Source of the DNA: an uncultured virus (IMG/VR IMGVR_UViG_3300018427_000754)
Taxonomy: Duplodnaviria > Heunggongvirae > Uroviricota > Caudoviricetes
Length of the DNA: 64,000 nt
IMG/VR virus record: IMGVR_UViG_3300018427_000754
Strand: one strand, 5' to 3'
In this document: piece after piece, positions 1-10,600 of the stretch
How positions within the stretch are numbered: the stretch's first letter is position 1
How the letters are laid out: each line of letters opens with the position of its first letter
The notes under the pieces: model-generated
The model's database searches: none
What the model saw: only the letters and a program-made list of their open reading frames with translations
What the model was told of the DNA's origin: nothing
Program-made: the position numbers and the translations under genes

Positions 1-21
1 AAAGAGCTGAATTCATACAAA

Positions 22-52
22 CACCCGGGAAAACAATTTGTTTTCCCGGGTG
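22..52. terminator. Perfect inverted repeat, probable terminator at the host/prophage flank
   Basis: CACCCGGGAAAACAA (22-36) / TTGTTTTCCCGGGTG (38-52). Confidence 0.55.
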
Positions 53-326
53 CATATTATTTAATCACGATATTTAAGAATTTTCCAGAGTAATTTACAA
101 TTATTACCAATTTTCTATTCCCACTCAATAATAGATAGTGTATTTCTAAGCATTTTTAGTGTTTTTAAGACTAGTTTTCGTCCATTTTATCCGTTTTATC
201 TTAATATATACGACTCTCTCGTGAGAATTTAAACATCTTTTCAGTATCAATTCGAAAAAATATTCAGGTTGTTTTTGCTCTGTTTCTTCTTATTTAATAC
301 TACCACAATATGTAATACCATTCAAG

Positions 327-527
327 CTACTTCTTTCTTTTTAATAAGTCGCCCGGCTCACAATCCAGGCACTTACATAAAACATCCAACGTCTGAAGAT
401 CTATTCTGGTAACCTTGTCGTGGTATAGATTTGACAATGTGCTTCTTGAAAGTCCTGTTTCATCTGCCACCATCTGAATGTTTTTTCTTCTATCCCCCAT
501 AATTGTTGAAAGTTTAATCTCTATCAC
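327..527 (-). CDS. Cro/C1-type (HTH_26-like) transcriptional regulator
   Basis: 66 aa; VADETGLSRSTLSNLY...LDVLCKCLDCEPGDLL pattern. Confidence 0.85.
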   Translation of the reverse strand: MIEIKLSTIMGDRRKNIQMVADETGLSRSTLSNLYHDKVTRIDLQTLDVLCKCLDCEPGDLLKRKK

Positions 528-628
528 CTTGATTCCCCCTCTCTTTCTATATATTAATTCTAATCTATTTTGTATTAGATGTCAAACATTATATATTAGA
601 AATCGTACATATTTTTTTATTTTTTCTA

Positions 629-656
629 TTGACATTGGAGTGGCGTATGATACATT
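629..656 (+). promoter_or_regulatory. SigA-type promoter for the amidoligase operon
   Basis: TTGACA (629-634), 16-nt spacer ending in TGn, TACATT (651-656). Confidence 0.5.
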
Positions 657-716
657 GAATACACAACACAGAACAAATGTTTGGTATTGCATACAAAAAA
701 ATGGGAGGAATATATC

Positions 717-1646
717 ATGGCAGAAATGTTAAAAAATCAGAGATTTGGAGTTGAAGTAGAATTTACAGGGATTACAAGAGAAATTGCAGCAAAGGTTGTT
801 GCCGAAGTTCTTGGTACAACAAGAATTGCTGGTCCTGCTAGAGATGCTTATTACACACGAACAATTATCGATAACAGAAACCGTAAATGGAAAGTAATGA
901 GAGATTCCTCTATTGACCCGGAACGCACCGGAGGATTATATGGAAATCTTGATGAATTCAGAGTCGAATTCGTTACACCGCCTTTACACTATGAAGATAT
1001 CGATACATTACAGACAATCATCCGTAAATTTAGAGAAGTCGGTGGTAAAGCAAATTCCAGCTGTGGCATCCACATTCATGTAGATGGATCGAATCATACG
1101 CCTCTTTCCTTGAGAAGACTGGTAAACTTCATGGCATACAGACAGGATATTATTTACGAGGCGCTCAATATTGGTTCTAGAAAGAACAGATGGTGCAGAC
1201 CAATCTCAAAAGAACTTTTATCAACAATGAAAAAAGAGAGAAACTTCACAAGCACAATTGCAGAACAGATTTGGTACAGTTCCGCCAATGATTCTTATGC
1301 TGGCGGAATCGACCATTCTCATTATAACCGCACAAGATACCACGCTTTGAATCTTCACAGCTACTTCAGCAAAGGCACTGTTGAATTTAGATTATTCAAT
1401 AGCACACTCCATGCTGGAAAAATCAAAGCGTACATACAGTTCTGCCTTGCAGTGTCTGCATGGGCAATCGAATCTAATGACCGTGTGGTTTTCAAGAATG
1501 TAGATAATTATACTGCAGATAAAAAAGTCACTCTTATGCGAAGTATCTTAATCAACAGACTCGGCCTCAGCGGTGACGAATTCAAGACCTGCAGACTTCA
1601 CATGATGAAAAAATTGAAAGAAAATGCTACTCCAGTAGCGGCATAA
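717..1646 (+). CDS. Putative amidoligase (COOH-NH2 ligase type 2)
   Basis: FGVEVEF, DSSI, VEFVTP, SCGIHIHV, RYHALN, TVEFRLF motifs; ATG 717 after GGGAGG. Confidence 0.85.
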   Translation: MAEMLKNQRFGVEVEFTGITREIAAKVVAEVLGTTRIAGPARDAYYTRTIIDNRNRKWKVMRDSSIDPERTGGLYGNLDEFRVEFVTPPLHYEDIDTLQTIIRKFREVGGKANSSCGIHIHVDGSNHTPLSLRRLVNFMAYRQDIIYEALNIGSRKNRWCRPISKELLSTMKKERNFTSTIAEQIWYSSANDSYAGGIDHSHYNRTRYHALNLHSYFSKGTVEFRLFNSTLHAGKIKAYIQFCLAVSAWAIESNDRVVFKNVDNYTADKKVTLMRSILINRLGLSGDEFKTCRLHMMKKLKENATPVAA

Positions 1647-1661
1647 GGGAGGATATGCTAC

Positions 1662-2129
1662 ATGAATATTAGAAAGAAATTGTACATCGCATATGGAAGT
1701 AATTTGAATATGAGACAGATGAAGAAACGATGTCCGGATGCTCGACTGTTATATGTCGGAGAGCTTAGGAACTGGGGACTGGTCTTTCGTGGGAGCCATA
1801 CTGGCTCTTACGCCACCATCTATAGAAAGAAAGGGAGCATCGTGCCTGTAGGAGTGTGGGAAATCAGCGGTAAGGATGAGAAAAACCTTGATAGATATGA
1901 AGGATACCCGACCTTTTATCACAAGCAGAATGTCTTTGTGACGCTTCAGGACGGTTCTCGCACAAAAGGAATGGTCTATATAATGAGAAAAGATGCTCTC
2001 CCGGGGAGACCATCTGAGTTTTACGTGGATACTATCCGGCAAGGGTATATCGATACCGGACTTGATTTAGATTATCTGGATAAATTCCTATTCCAGAACT
2101 GGCAAGAAATGAGAAGAGGGATATTTTAA
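1662..2129 (+). CDS. Gamma-glutamylcyclotransferase (AIG2-like) family protein
   Basis: YIAYGSNL...LDRYEGYP motifs; adjacent to the amidoligase. Confidence 0.88.
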   Translation: MNIRKKLYIAYGSNLNMRQMKKRCPDARLLYVGELRNWGLVFRGSHTGSYATIYRKKGSIVPVGVWEISGKDEKNLDRYEGYPTFYHKQNVFVTLQDGSRTKGMVYIMRKDALPGRPSEFYVDTIRQGYIDTGLDLDYLDKFLFQNWQEMRRGIF

Positions 2130-2419
2130 TCCCTCTTTCTTTTTGGCATCGCGCGTGTTGCAGCACTGGCGGTGCCTTTCTTCGTTCCTTGCCGAGTATG
2201 AAGAATACTGGTCTCGTCATTCGGTACCCTTATGATCAATTCGTCCAACTCGCAGTCCAGAGCTTCGCAAATCAAATCAAGATGTTCGATGTTCACTCTT
2301 TCTACAAGTTCGTGGTACAACTCATTAATCGTATTGGGCCGAATTCCTGTTGCTCTTGCCAGATCAGCTTGGGTCCATCGCATTTCGCCAAGCTTTCTTG
2401 ACAGTAAAATTTTTATCAT
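2126..2419 (-). CDS. Cro/C1-type (HTH_26-like) regulator
   Basis: TQADLARATGIRPNTINELY...LDLICEALDC. Confidence 0.85.
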   Translation of the reverse strand: MIKILLSRKLGEMRWTQADLARATGIRPNTINELYHELVERVNIEHLDLICEALDCELDELIIRVPNDETSILHTRQGTKKGTASAATRAMPKRKRD

Positions 2420-2527
2420 TTGCCATTGCTCCTTCCATTAGAAAATACCATTTATTGGTATCTAATAATAGAATTTGTTAAAAAATAACGGATTACGTTA
2501 TATTCGACAAATGATTTCCAACAATAA

Positions 2528-3574
2528 CTAGATTGCTTTTATATAAGCAGAATGTACAAAACCGTACACTTTTCCATCAATTCGGACATAATACCATCTG
2601 GATCCGTCTTTTGCATTGACTACATCGCAGACTTCTACTACTTCGCCCTTCTTGATGGATGGCACAGATTTGAGTTTTGCATTATTTGTTCCTGCCCATG
2701 TACGTACGTTCAGGCTGCTGGCTGTTACCTTTCCTTTGAACTGTACAGTCTTGGTAATCTTACCATCGTCTTTCAGTTCGTCCGGCTTACTCATCGCCAG
2801 CTTGGTAATATATACAGCTGATACAAAACCAAACTTGTCACCCTTGTCTCCAGAGATTTTTACAAAATACCATGGATCTCCATCTTTGTCTCTGACAGTA
2901 GCACATACTCCGACTTTTTTACCCTGTTTGATTACCGGATAAGAAACAAGCTTCTTATTCTCAGTTCCTGGCCAGCTTCGTACATTCAGTTCTGTCGCAT
3001 TTACGGTACCTGTCCACATTACTTCTCTGTTCAGTTTTCCAATATCCTCCAGAACAGAACTGTAGGAAGGTGTCTGATCAGTTTCTTTCTCATAATCAGG
3101 AATTGCATATCCCCTGATATAGCCATTTCCTACAGAAATGACTCTGTCGGACACCGCCTGACCTCTGTTTCCCTCAATTACAGTAATCTGGCCATTCTTC
3201 ACTTCTTCTACAACACCGATATGGTCAGCCCATCCATCGTTCGGCTGGGTTCCATCATTCCAATTATATACGATAATGTAGCCCGGCTTCGGAGTAATGG
3301 TTCCATCTTCTTCCCAAATGCCAAGTTCTTTGAAAATTTCGATGTGTCTTTCACAGGAACATTCTCTGCCAATAAGGTCGACCATGTCTGCTTTGATTGC
3401 GGCTGCTGAAACGGTAGTATCGCACCATTCATCATCATATTGTACTTTATAATTTCGTGGCAAAGGTTTTTTACTGTTGTACAGGTCAATGATGACTTTG
3501 TGCATCCCGTTCTTTTCACTGTATCCTCTCCAACCTCTCCATACGTCCAGATAGGACTGTGCTGTTCTTGCCAT
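2528..3574 (-). CDS. Endolysin: CHAP-like amidase plus two SH3b-like cell-wall binding domains
   Basis: WCDTTVS...DHIGVVE...IEGN; two LNVRxWxGT...GFVxxxYI repeats; ATG 3574 after GGAGG. Confidence 0.88.
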   Translation of the reverse strand: MARTAQSYLDVWRGWRGYSEKNGMHKVIIDLYNSKKPLPRNYKVQYDDEWCDTTVSAAAIKADMVDLIGRECSCERHIEIFKELGIWEEDGTITPKPGYIIVYNWNDGTQPNDGWADHIGVVEEVKNGQITVIEGNRGQAVSDRVISVGNGYIRGYAIPDYEKETDQTPSYSSVLEDIGKLNREVMWTGTVNATELNVRSWPGTENKKLVSYPVIKQGKKVGVCATVRDKDGDPWYFVKISGDKGDKFGFVSAVYITKLAMSKPDELKDDGKITKTVQFKGKVTASSLNVRTWAGTNNAKLKSVPSIKKGEVVEVCDVVNAKDGSRWYYVRIDGKVYGFVHSAYIKAI

Positions 3575-3590
3575 AAAATATACCTCCTTC

Positions 3591-3628
3591 AAACAAAAAA
3601 CAGAGGAGAGCTGATTTCAGCCCTCCTC
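3591..3628 (-). terminator. Intrinsic terminator-like hairpin between holin-like gene and endolysin
   Basis: Minus strand GAGGAGGGCTGA-AA-TCAGCTCTCCTC followed by a T tract. Confidence 0.6.
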
Positions 3629-3640
3629 AATCGATTTCAT

Positions 3641-3994
3641 TTATTCCCTTACTGAATTATTTACCTTCCCATCATCCAACAGATCCTTGACTCCTTTGAA
3701 CCATTTATCAATAATTTTCTCCAGTGCTGTCTCTGTAAGGATAAGCTGAAGCCATTTCGGCAAGAGCAATCTCGCCTGTGATACAACCCATTTTAACTTC
3801 CGCTTTCCTTCTGCAGATCCATTATATTTATGTTCGGCGACACGAATGAGCTGATAAACATCATTTCTAATGCCTTCAAGACCTTTTTGCTTCAGATACT
3901 GGTAACCAATTACCAGAGTGACAACTAATAATACTACTACTGCCAACAATAAGATTGGCATTGGAATCTGCTTAAAAATTTCTAATAATTCCAT
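3641..3994 (-). CDS. Holin-like membrane protein
   Basis: N-terminal TM helix, AEHKY...GKRKLKWV, C-terminal KDLLDDGKVN; next to the endolysin. Confidence 0.65.
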   Translation of the reverse strand: MELLEIFKQIPMPILLLAVVVLLVVTLVIGYQYLKQKGLEGIRNDVYQLIRVAEHKYNGSAEGKRKLKWVVSQARLLLPKWLQLILTETALEKIIDKWFKGVKDLLDDGKVNNSVRE

Positions 3995-4007
3995 GATTTT
4001 TCCTCCT

Positions 4008-4394
4008 TTATTCTACATTGTGTGCCTGTTTATTCAGATGCTTTTCCAGACGATTATACGCATCCGTAACAGGGCCATTACATCCTTTCTGTTTCAAGCC
4101 GTCCAGACATGCCAACATCGCATAGCTGATAACACATAGTTCTGCATTGATCTGTTTCATGTCTTCAGAATGCATATCTCTCAGCTGACGGATATCTTCC
4201 TTTTCCTCCTTTTTCAGCCGATCAATATCTTCTTTTTCTTTTTCCTGAAGCTTTTCGATGTCTACAGACTGCTTCCCTTGTTTCTGAAACCACAGGATTA
4301 TTCCATATAGCGCACCGCAAAGAGCACCTAATGCTCCAAGCACAGCCGCTGCCTGAATGATGAACTGGACGACCATTTGTGTGTCTACGTACAC
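4008..4394 (-). CDS. Lysis-module membrane protein (holin-like or accessory)
   Basis: N-terminal hydrophobic helix, coiled region, LDGLKQKGCNGPVT motif. Confidence 0.55.
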   Translation of the reverse strand: MYVDTQMVVQFIIQAAAVLGALGALCGALYGIILWFQKQGKQSVDIEKLQEKEKEDIDRLKKEEKEDIRQLRDMHSEDMKQINAELCVISYAMLACLDGLKQKGCNGPVTDAYNRLEKHLNKQAHNVE

Positions 4395-4426
4395 CGTTTA
4401 ACCTCCTTCCCTTGATATTTTCCATC

Positions 4427-4451
4427 AAAAAAAGAGCCATTTCTGGCTCTT
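4427..4451 (-). terminator. Intrinsic terminator
   Basis: Minus strand AAGAGCCA-GAAA-TGGCTCTT plus T tract. Confidence 0.6.
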
Positions 4452-4875
4452 AAGGAATCAACTTATAGTGAGGCTTTTCTTCTCCAAAAAGCCAATATCG
4501 AAGGTAATCGTCTACTATGACAGCAACTATTCCAAGTCCTACCCACAGCAGACTGAACGGAAGGCATATCTGGCCAAACAGGTTCAATGGCATATTACTG
4601 TAATCCCAGACATTCAGTCCCATCCAAAGATTAATGATGATGCCGGCAATAAGCTCTACTCCTGTGACCAGTGCAGCACAGATCATTCCCTGTTTCAACA
4701 ACGACATATCATAATCGAATATCTCATTGATTGCTCCACAAATTAAAAAACAGACCCCACCGACAACTACCATTGTCCAGTGCGATCTGCCTCGAAAGAG
4801 CATTTCCAGCACAAAATAAATAAGTCCGCCAATTACAAAAAGGGCGAACATCTTAATAAACGATTTCAATTTCAT
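4450..4875 (-). CDS. Multi-TM membrane protein (putative ABC-permease/CmpB-like family)
   Basis: RGRSHWTM...WDYSNMPLNLFGQICLPFS; about four TM helices; start after GGAGG. Confidence 0.7.
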   Translation of the reverse strand: MKLKSFIKMFALFVIGGLIYFVLEMLFRGRSHWTMVVVGGVCFLICGAINEIFDYDMSLLKQGMICAALVTGVELIAGIIINLWMGLNVWDYSNMPLNLFGQICLPFSLLWVGLGIVAVIVDDYLRYWLFGEEKPHYKLIP

Positions 4876-5557
4876 CCACCTCCCGGAGAGTCTCCGCTGC
4901 TTGCACCTGCATCTCAATGGACTGCTGTTTCGATACAAGAGGTTTCACATATGCTTCGATTTCAATAATCAGCTGCACAAATTCTGCCTCTGTCCATACT
5001 TCGCATTCCTTGCCCGTTTCGTTCCAGGTGAGTTCGGCTTCCATGCCTGCGCCCTTTTTAACAAGGTAGGTCTGATAATTCATGGACATGAGCTGCTGTT
5101 TCTCGCTCGTAACCGCATAAGTGCCCGGAACTCCGTTATGAGCTGTTGATACAATAGGATTGGCCTCCAGATAAGAGGCGAGTACCGTCTTTGACAAAGT
5201 AATCTTTCGATTCTTCGCCCATGCAAGGGTCTCCTCATCCGTTTCCGGTTCTGGCTCAGGCTCTGGTTCAGGATTCTCCGGTGTCTGTCCAGCATCAAGA
5301 AGAGATTTGAGTGTAAGATAATCTGCTTCCTCCACTTCTTCAAGAATGATGGTACATTCTACTCTTTCCTGTACTTCTTCCGGGAACTCTGGCCATCCAT
5401 CTACATGAAAGATACAAGCCCCATTCCGTTCAATAACGCCCTGGGCTTCGTTCTTCTTACATCGAAGGAACATCTTTGCCCTGTCGTCATAACGAACATA
5501 CTGCAGGCCATCGTAAGCATCCACTACGTTTCCTTCATACAATGCCTTATAGAACAT
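4853..5557 (-). CDS. Tail-associated hypothetical protein (possible fibre assembly factor)
   Basis: 234 aa with PE-repeat linker; lies after the fibre/DGR cassette. Confidence 0.5.
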   Translation of the reverse strand: MFYKALYEGNVVDAYDGLQYVRYDDRAKMFLRCKKNEAQGVIERNGACIFHVDGWPEFPEEVQERVECTIILEEVEEADYLTLKSLLDAGQTPENPEPEPEPEPETDEETLAWAKNRKITLSKTVLASYLEANPIVSTAHNGVPGTYAVTSEKQQLMSMNYQTYLVKKGAGMEAELTWNETGKECEVWTEAEFVQLIIEIEAYVKPLVSKQQSIEMQVQAAETLREVDEIEIVY

Positions 5558-5572
5558 TTATCCTCCTTTCTG

Positions 5573-6787
5573 TTATGCATACTGCATCTGTCTGACAAGG
5601 TATTGAATATACCTCATCTTTGGTTTGATGCGGTTTTTTCGAAGTTTCTTTACTTTCAGAAGTTTCTTTGTTTCTTCCACACCAAACAAGTCTTTAATTA
5701 ACAGGACAGTATTCTTTGCTGTGCCACATGCGTCAAAATTCAACGCATAAGAGAGCCAGCTCTGCAGGCTTCCTCTTAACTGTTCGAAGTTCATTTCTTT
5801 ATTATCATACAGTCTCTTGAAAGCCTTTAGTTTCTGTCTCATCTTCGTCACACTACGTTTATAGATCTTCCGTACTACCTTTCCGGATTCCAGAAGATAA
5901 AATCTGCATTTCAACCATGTAAATCCATGGCTCAGCTTTACAATCTGAGTCTTCCTCATATTGATTTTTATGTCGAGAATCTGGCATATTTTCACGATTT
6001 CATCTAAACATTTCTGCAGATACTCTTTGTCATGATGAATGAGATATCCATCATCCATGTAACGTGCATAGCCCTTGATTCTCTGTTTTTCTTTTACATA
6101 ATGGTCCAAAGGATTTGCAGATGCAACGGCGAGAGTCTGACTGATCTGGCTTCCCAGACCCATACCAACATTGCCAAATGAGCGCACAAAATGAAGGATA
6201 AGTCCCAATGTCCACTTATCCTGATATTGTTTGCGTAATAACCATTCAACAACCTTATGAGACACGTTATCGAAGAATTTTGTAAAATCGAACAGCAGGA
6301 TATATCCTTCCTGTCCATGTTTTCTGTAATGATACTGCAAATGTCTTACCAATCTGCGAATGGCAAAATGATAGCCTCTCTTATCAAGGCTGGCTCCATT
6401 GTCATAAATGAACGTTTTGCTCATCAACGGAACCAGACTATAATCACAGAGGCATCTCTGGACAACTCTTTCCTTAATGGTAACACTGCTGATATGTCGA
6501 TGTTTTCCTCTTTCATACAGATCAAATTCATAGAAACCATCTGATCTGAATGTCCCATTAAGAAGACTCTTCTTTGTCCGGTACAATGTAAGGGTAGCAT
6601 TGTCAATGTACTTCTGAGTACTTGCCTTCCACTTAACCCCTTTTATGCACTTTCTGTAAGATTTGAAGAGATGGTCTGTAGTAAAGATTTTCTTAAAGTC
6701 TTGCATCTCTTTATCTTTTGCCTTATTGGCATCTCTTGCAGCTTTTCTTCTTTGATAACGAGCCTCTCTTCTTTCCTCGCTCGTCAT
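5573..6787 (-). CDS. DGR reverse transcriptase
   Basis: 404 aa; KERVVQ, DFTKFFDNV, GLGSQISQ, YARYMDDG motifs; adjacent TR/VR pair. Confidence 0.95.
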   Translation of the reverse strand: MTSEERREARYQRRKAARDANKAKDKEMQDFKKIFTTDHLFKSYRKCIKGVKWKASTQKYIDNATLTLYRTKKSLLNGTFRSDGFYEFDLYERGKHRHISSVTIKERVVQRCLCDYSLVPLMSKTFIYDNGASLDKRGYHFAIRRLVRHLQYHYRKHGQEGYILLFDFTKFFDNVSHKVVEWLLRKQYQDKWTLGLILHFVRSFGNVGMGLGSQISQTLAVASANPLDHYVKEKQRIKGYARYMDDGYLIHHDKEYLQKCLDEIVKICQILDIKINMRKTQIVKLSHGFTWLKCRFYLLESGKVVRKIYKRSVTKMRQKLKAFKRLYDNKEMNFEQLRGSLQSWLSYALNFDACGTAKNTVLLIKDLFGVEETKKLLKVKKLRKNRIKPKMRYIQYLVRQMQYA

Positions 6788-7022
6788 AACTGCTCCTTAA
6801 AAACTTGCCCCGTACAGCATGATTCCCGATTTTCCGACTAGCTGCATAGGGTCACTGGGAATGAAACTGGAGATAATCAGGCAACTCCAGCCATGCAAGC
6901 AGCGTCCTCCCAGACCCATCGGAACGTATATTTACCCACTTTTCAGTAGGAAGGTCTTATCCTCCTTCTATCCTGTTTCTTATTTCCTCCCGCATGGGAT
7001 TACTTTGTAGAAAGGACAGGAT
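6788..7022 (-). ncRNA. DGR spacer region of the template RNA (between TR and RT)
   Basis: Non-coding interval in the canonical TR-spacer-RT position; contains short stems such as CTGGAG/CTCCAG. Confidence 0.5.
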
Positions 7023-7137
7023 CCCACGCACACGCCATTAGAATTGTTAGCGTTATTAGTATTAGAATTGCCATTGTTATTGACCGCGCGAAAGGCGACA
7101 GAGCCGCCCGCATCCGCAGACCGCAGCCACCAGTACT
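7023..7137 (-). repeat. DGR template repeat (TR)
   Basis: 115-bp ungapped match to 7687-7801 (offset 664); 14 mismatches, all at TR adenines on the minus strand; ten AAY codons in the VR frame. Confidence 0.97.
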
Positions 7138-7161
7138 AAAATCATACAGGATAAAACCAAT

Positions 7162-7572
7162 TCATAGTGGAAGATTCTTATATCTCTTCCGGTCAGAATC
7201 TAACATTTTTTCAATCAATTTCATTTCATTGTCAATGAATGAACCCATTTCATCTAAATCGTGATCACTGAAATGATAAAATTCATGAGCGACTCCGATT
7301 TTGGAATCCAGAACATACAGTTCTGCTTTCGCAAGAAGAAACTGATCTCTCCGGAGCTGTGCTTCATGCTGATTCGTAGGATATATAGAATTTGCTCTCT
7401 TCACATGTTCGTATACCTTCCATGCTGATTGGGCAACTGGTTCAGAGACCGTCGCCGTATATCTTCCTTTCTTGGAATCTACACATGATTTGATTACACT
7501 TACGGCAAGCTGTCTTGCCGTATAAAGAAAGTCTACTTTTGACTCATTTCTATATCTCGATAATACGCTCAT
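7162..7572 (-). CDS. avd: DGR accessory variability determinant (Avd-like four-helix bundle)
   Basis: 136 aa, helical, located between target and TR as in the BPP-1 mtd-avd-TR-brt order. Confidence 0.85.
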   Translation of the reverse strand: MSVLSRYRNESKVDFLYTARQLAVSVIKSCVDSKKGRYTATVSEPVAQSAWKVYEHVKRANSIYPTNQHEAQLRRDQFLLAKAELYVLDSKIGVAHEFYHFSDHDLDEMGSFIDNEMKLIEKMLDSDRKRYKNLPL

Positions 7573-7635
7573 ACACTGGCACCTCCGGAGAAAATAATAT
7601 CACATTTCGATATTTTTTAACATCTTTTTTTACCC

Positions 7636-7652
7636 GCCGGCACAAGGCCGGC
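7636..7652 (-). promoter_or_regulatory. GC-rich hairpin downstream of VR/IMH (candidate DGR homing cruciform)
   Basis: GCCGGC-N5-GCCGGC about 20 nt after the target stop codon. Confidence 0.6.
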
Positions 7653-7673
7653 TTGATTATAAAGATATACAGA

Positions 7674-10600
7674 TTATACTGAGAAGCCCACGCACACGCC
7701 ATAAGAAAGGTTAGCGGGAAGAGTATAAGAAGCGCCACCGCCATTGACCGCGCGAAAGGCGACAGAGCCGCCCGCATCCGCAGACCGCAGCCACCAGTAC
7801 TGTGCTGAACCCTCTCCATTGAACTGCTTCTTAATACGAGAATTATTATCCGTATAACAGGAGAATGTAACTTCCTCTGCGTTCGCATCAATTTCATTTT
7901 TGTATGGAACAGCAGCCACATCAAAACCGACTTCTGCATGAGACGGAATTCTCAGATAATCCTTAGATGTTGTAATGTTGGAAGACTGATTTCCGGCATT
8001 GGCCAACGTATCTGATAAAGAAATAAAGTTTCTCCATCCCGGTTCGAACGTTGGGAATAACGTGTCATTCAGCCAAGTTCTAAGCTCACAGGCATCCCAG
8101 CCCCCTACGTTCGTATTTGTACTGTTCATTTTCCTGTTCGCTGTCATGACTCCGACCATATAAAAGTCTCCATTACTCATGCCGGAACCATCAGCAAGAG
8201 CATAATGCCCTTTTGCATGATAGCGGAATACCATGCTTGTGTCAGTAATCAATCCGTTTGCAAGAGCCTTTCTTGGAATCAATTTCAATAAGACTCCTGG
8301 GCCAAACCCATAGTCAACAGCACGTCCCATCTTGAAGATGGAATACAGTTCTCCAAAAGTATAGGCTGAATTGTCATCAGGGTCATCGGAGTATGCATAA
8401 TCATACTTCGTAAGATCCTTTACCGTAGCCGGAAGCTTCGGATAGATGAATACTGCATTGATGTCCATATCTTCCACGACATCTTCTGCAACCTTATCCC
8501 ATCCGATCCATACATAGCCGGATTTCACAAGGTCTTCTCCAACATATGCACAGGAACCATGTGCTGGCACATTATAAGTCTGAAGGACTTCTCCATCTTT
8601 CAGATAACGTACAAGGTTGATTCTGATAGACTGTGTGTAGGTTGCAGTAACCGTAACGTCTTCTACGATATTCTCAAGCGGCACATCCCACTTGAAATAA
8701 GTGTACGAAAAATCATCATCCGGCTCTTTTACTGGAGTCTTGATGTATCCTACCGTAATTGGGTCTTCTGCTGTACCTCCATGTTCTACTTTCTGAACAT
8801 TCAACACTGTTCCATCATAGTTACAGAAGGTTACCGTGTGCTCTTCCAAAAATTCTCCGTATGTGAAATTCACATCAGGAAGTGCATTGACCAAGGTGTC
8901 GTATTTGGTCTGAGAGATAGCATCAAAGAATACAGAGCCGGTAACCACTGCTTTCTCTGCGTTATAACCAGCTTCATCAATGCCGCTCATCTTCTGCAGA
9001 CGCATCAGTGTGGTGTATGCTTTTACTGTTGTTATCCATACAATCTCGAGCAGACGTACACGGATCATATTCACCGCTCTTGTTGCAATATCCAAGGTAT
9101 TGATAGACGGACTGTTCACCACATTCAAAGAAAGAAGGCTCTCATAATTCTGTAACGTAAACTCTGCAACGTAGAGAAGATTCTTCGCTGTGATGGATGT
9201 TACTGCGTTCAGATATGCTTTCTGCAGTCTTCCATGGTCAGCGAACGTAACACCTGTCACGCCACTTCCTCTGGAATAACATTCTTTAACATTGACATTC
9301 TTCGCAAGGCCAAGTTCTTTTTTGAAATTCGGACAGTTCTCGATATTTACATACTCAAGATTCATGGCATTTTCAAGTCCAACGTCAGTCAGGTTTGTAT
9401 TCAGATATCCAGAAACACTACTTCCGATATCTGCCCTTGTCAACTTCGGGCACGGGGATACATCAATATAACCAGGATAAAGACCTGCAAGAGGACCAAG
9501 ATCTTTCAGGAAAGCTGCATCCATCGGATAGATTTCTGTGTTATTCAGTTTGGAAGTACCAAGCTGGAGTTCTACAGTTTCTCCAGCAACCGCTCTTTTG
9601 ACGTAGTATGTAGTACCTGCCTGTACAGTCACCCAAAGGTCACTATATGGAGTGATCCACATCTTACTCTCTGCTGGAACAGCAAGATCTCCGTCTGGAG
9701 TATAGCCTCTGATAGTCGCTCTGTTTGACTGAGAGAAGGAAGAACAGAAATAGGAACTGATGAATGGTCTCTGATAATGCAGAAAGTTTCTTCTCTGTAG
9801 TCTCTTCTTCCCATTCAGCATAGAAATGTATGCTGTAGAACCGTTTACTGTCAATGTATCAATATCTTTTCTCCATGCATCTTCGATCCATAAGGATTCA
9901 CATGCAAGTGCCTGCTGTTCGTCGCAGAGATCAGCAAAAGCATCGAGATTCCATGCTCCTGCATTTTCTAACTGAAGGAACATTTCTTTCATTTCTGCCG
10001 GGAATGACTTCCACATCATGCAGAAGACCACTGCGTCAGCTGCATTGAATACGTCTCTGGTTCCAAGCTTATCATAATCCATATACCCATATTTCAAAGT
10101 AAGACTGCCTTCATTGTCGATACCCATAGCTGTATCATTGTCATATGCAAATGTAACGTGCCATGTCTTTTTTACGTTACTGTATGTCCAGAAGGTATTT
10201 TTCGCACGGTTATCTACCTGTGAAAATACGAGTGTGACCAGTGTATGGAATAACAACGAATCAACGACAAGGTGTTCTGCAGCTTCTTTACGGAATTTCG
10301 CGATACGATATTCTGCGGAATCAGTTGCAAATGACTGCCCATCAATCGTCACTATTTCATCCAGAGCTGCATTTGTTGCCTGTTCTGAGTCGCAGGATAC
10401 TACCCATGTGAGGAAGTCCTGCCAGAGCTGTTTCGCTTCCTCAGGATCCATGGATTCGGCAAGATGTCTGAATTCAAAATTGCCATCAGAGTTCCATGGT
10501 TCTCCGGTAAGGTCAGCAGACTTCATGCGGCACTGATCAGAAATATTGTTACGTAGTTCGATGGTAATCACATCATCTTCTTCGTTCTGAGCAAATACTT

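Noticed and set aside
5573..6787. RT as group II intron, retron or Abi RT
   Set aside because: No maturase or endonuclease extension; the SQ motif and an adenine-specific TR/VR pair with avd identify a DGR
7550..7939. 129-aa minus-strand ORF overlapping VR as a second DGR target
   Set aside because: Alternative frame of the target 3' end; TR AAY codons are phased to the 2006-aa frame
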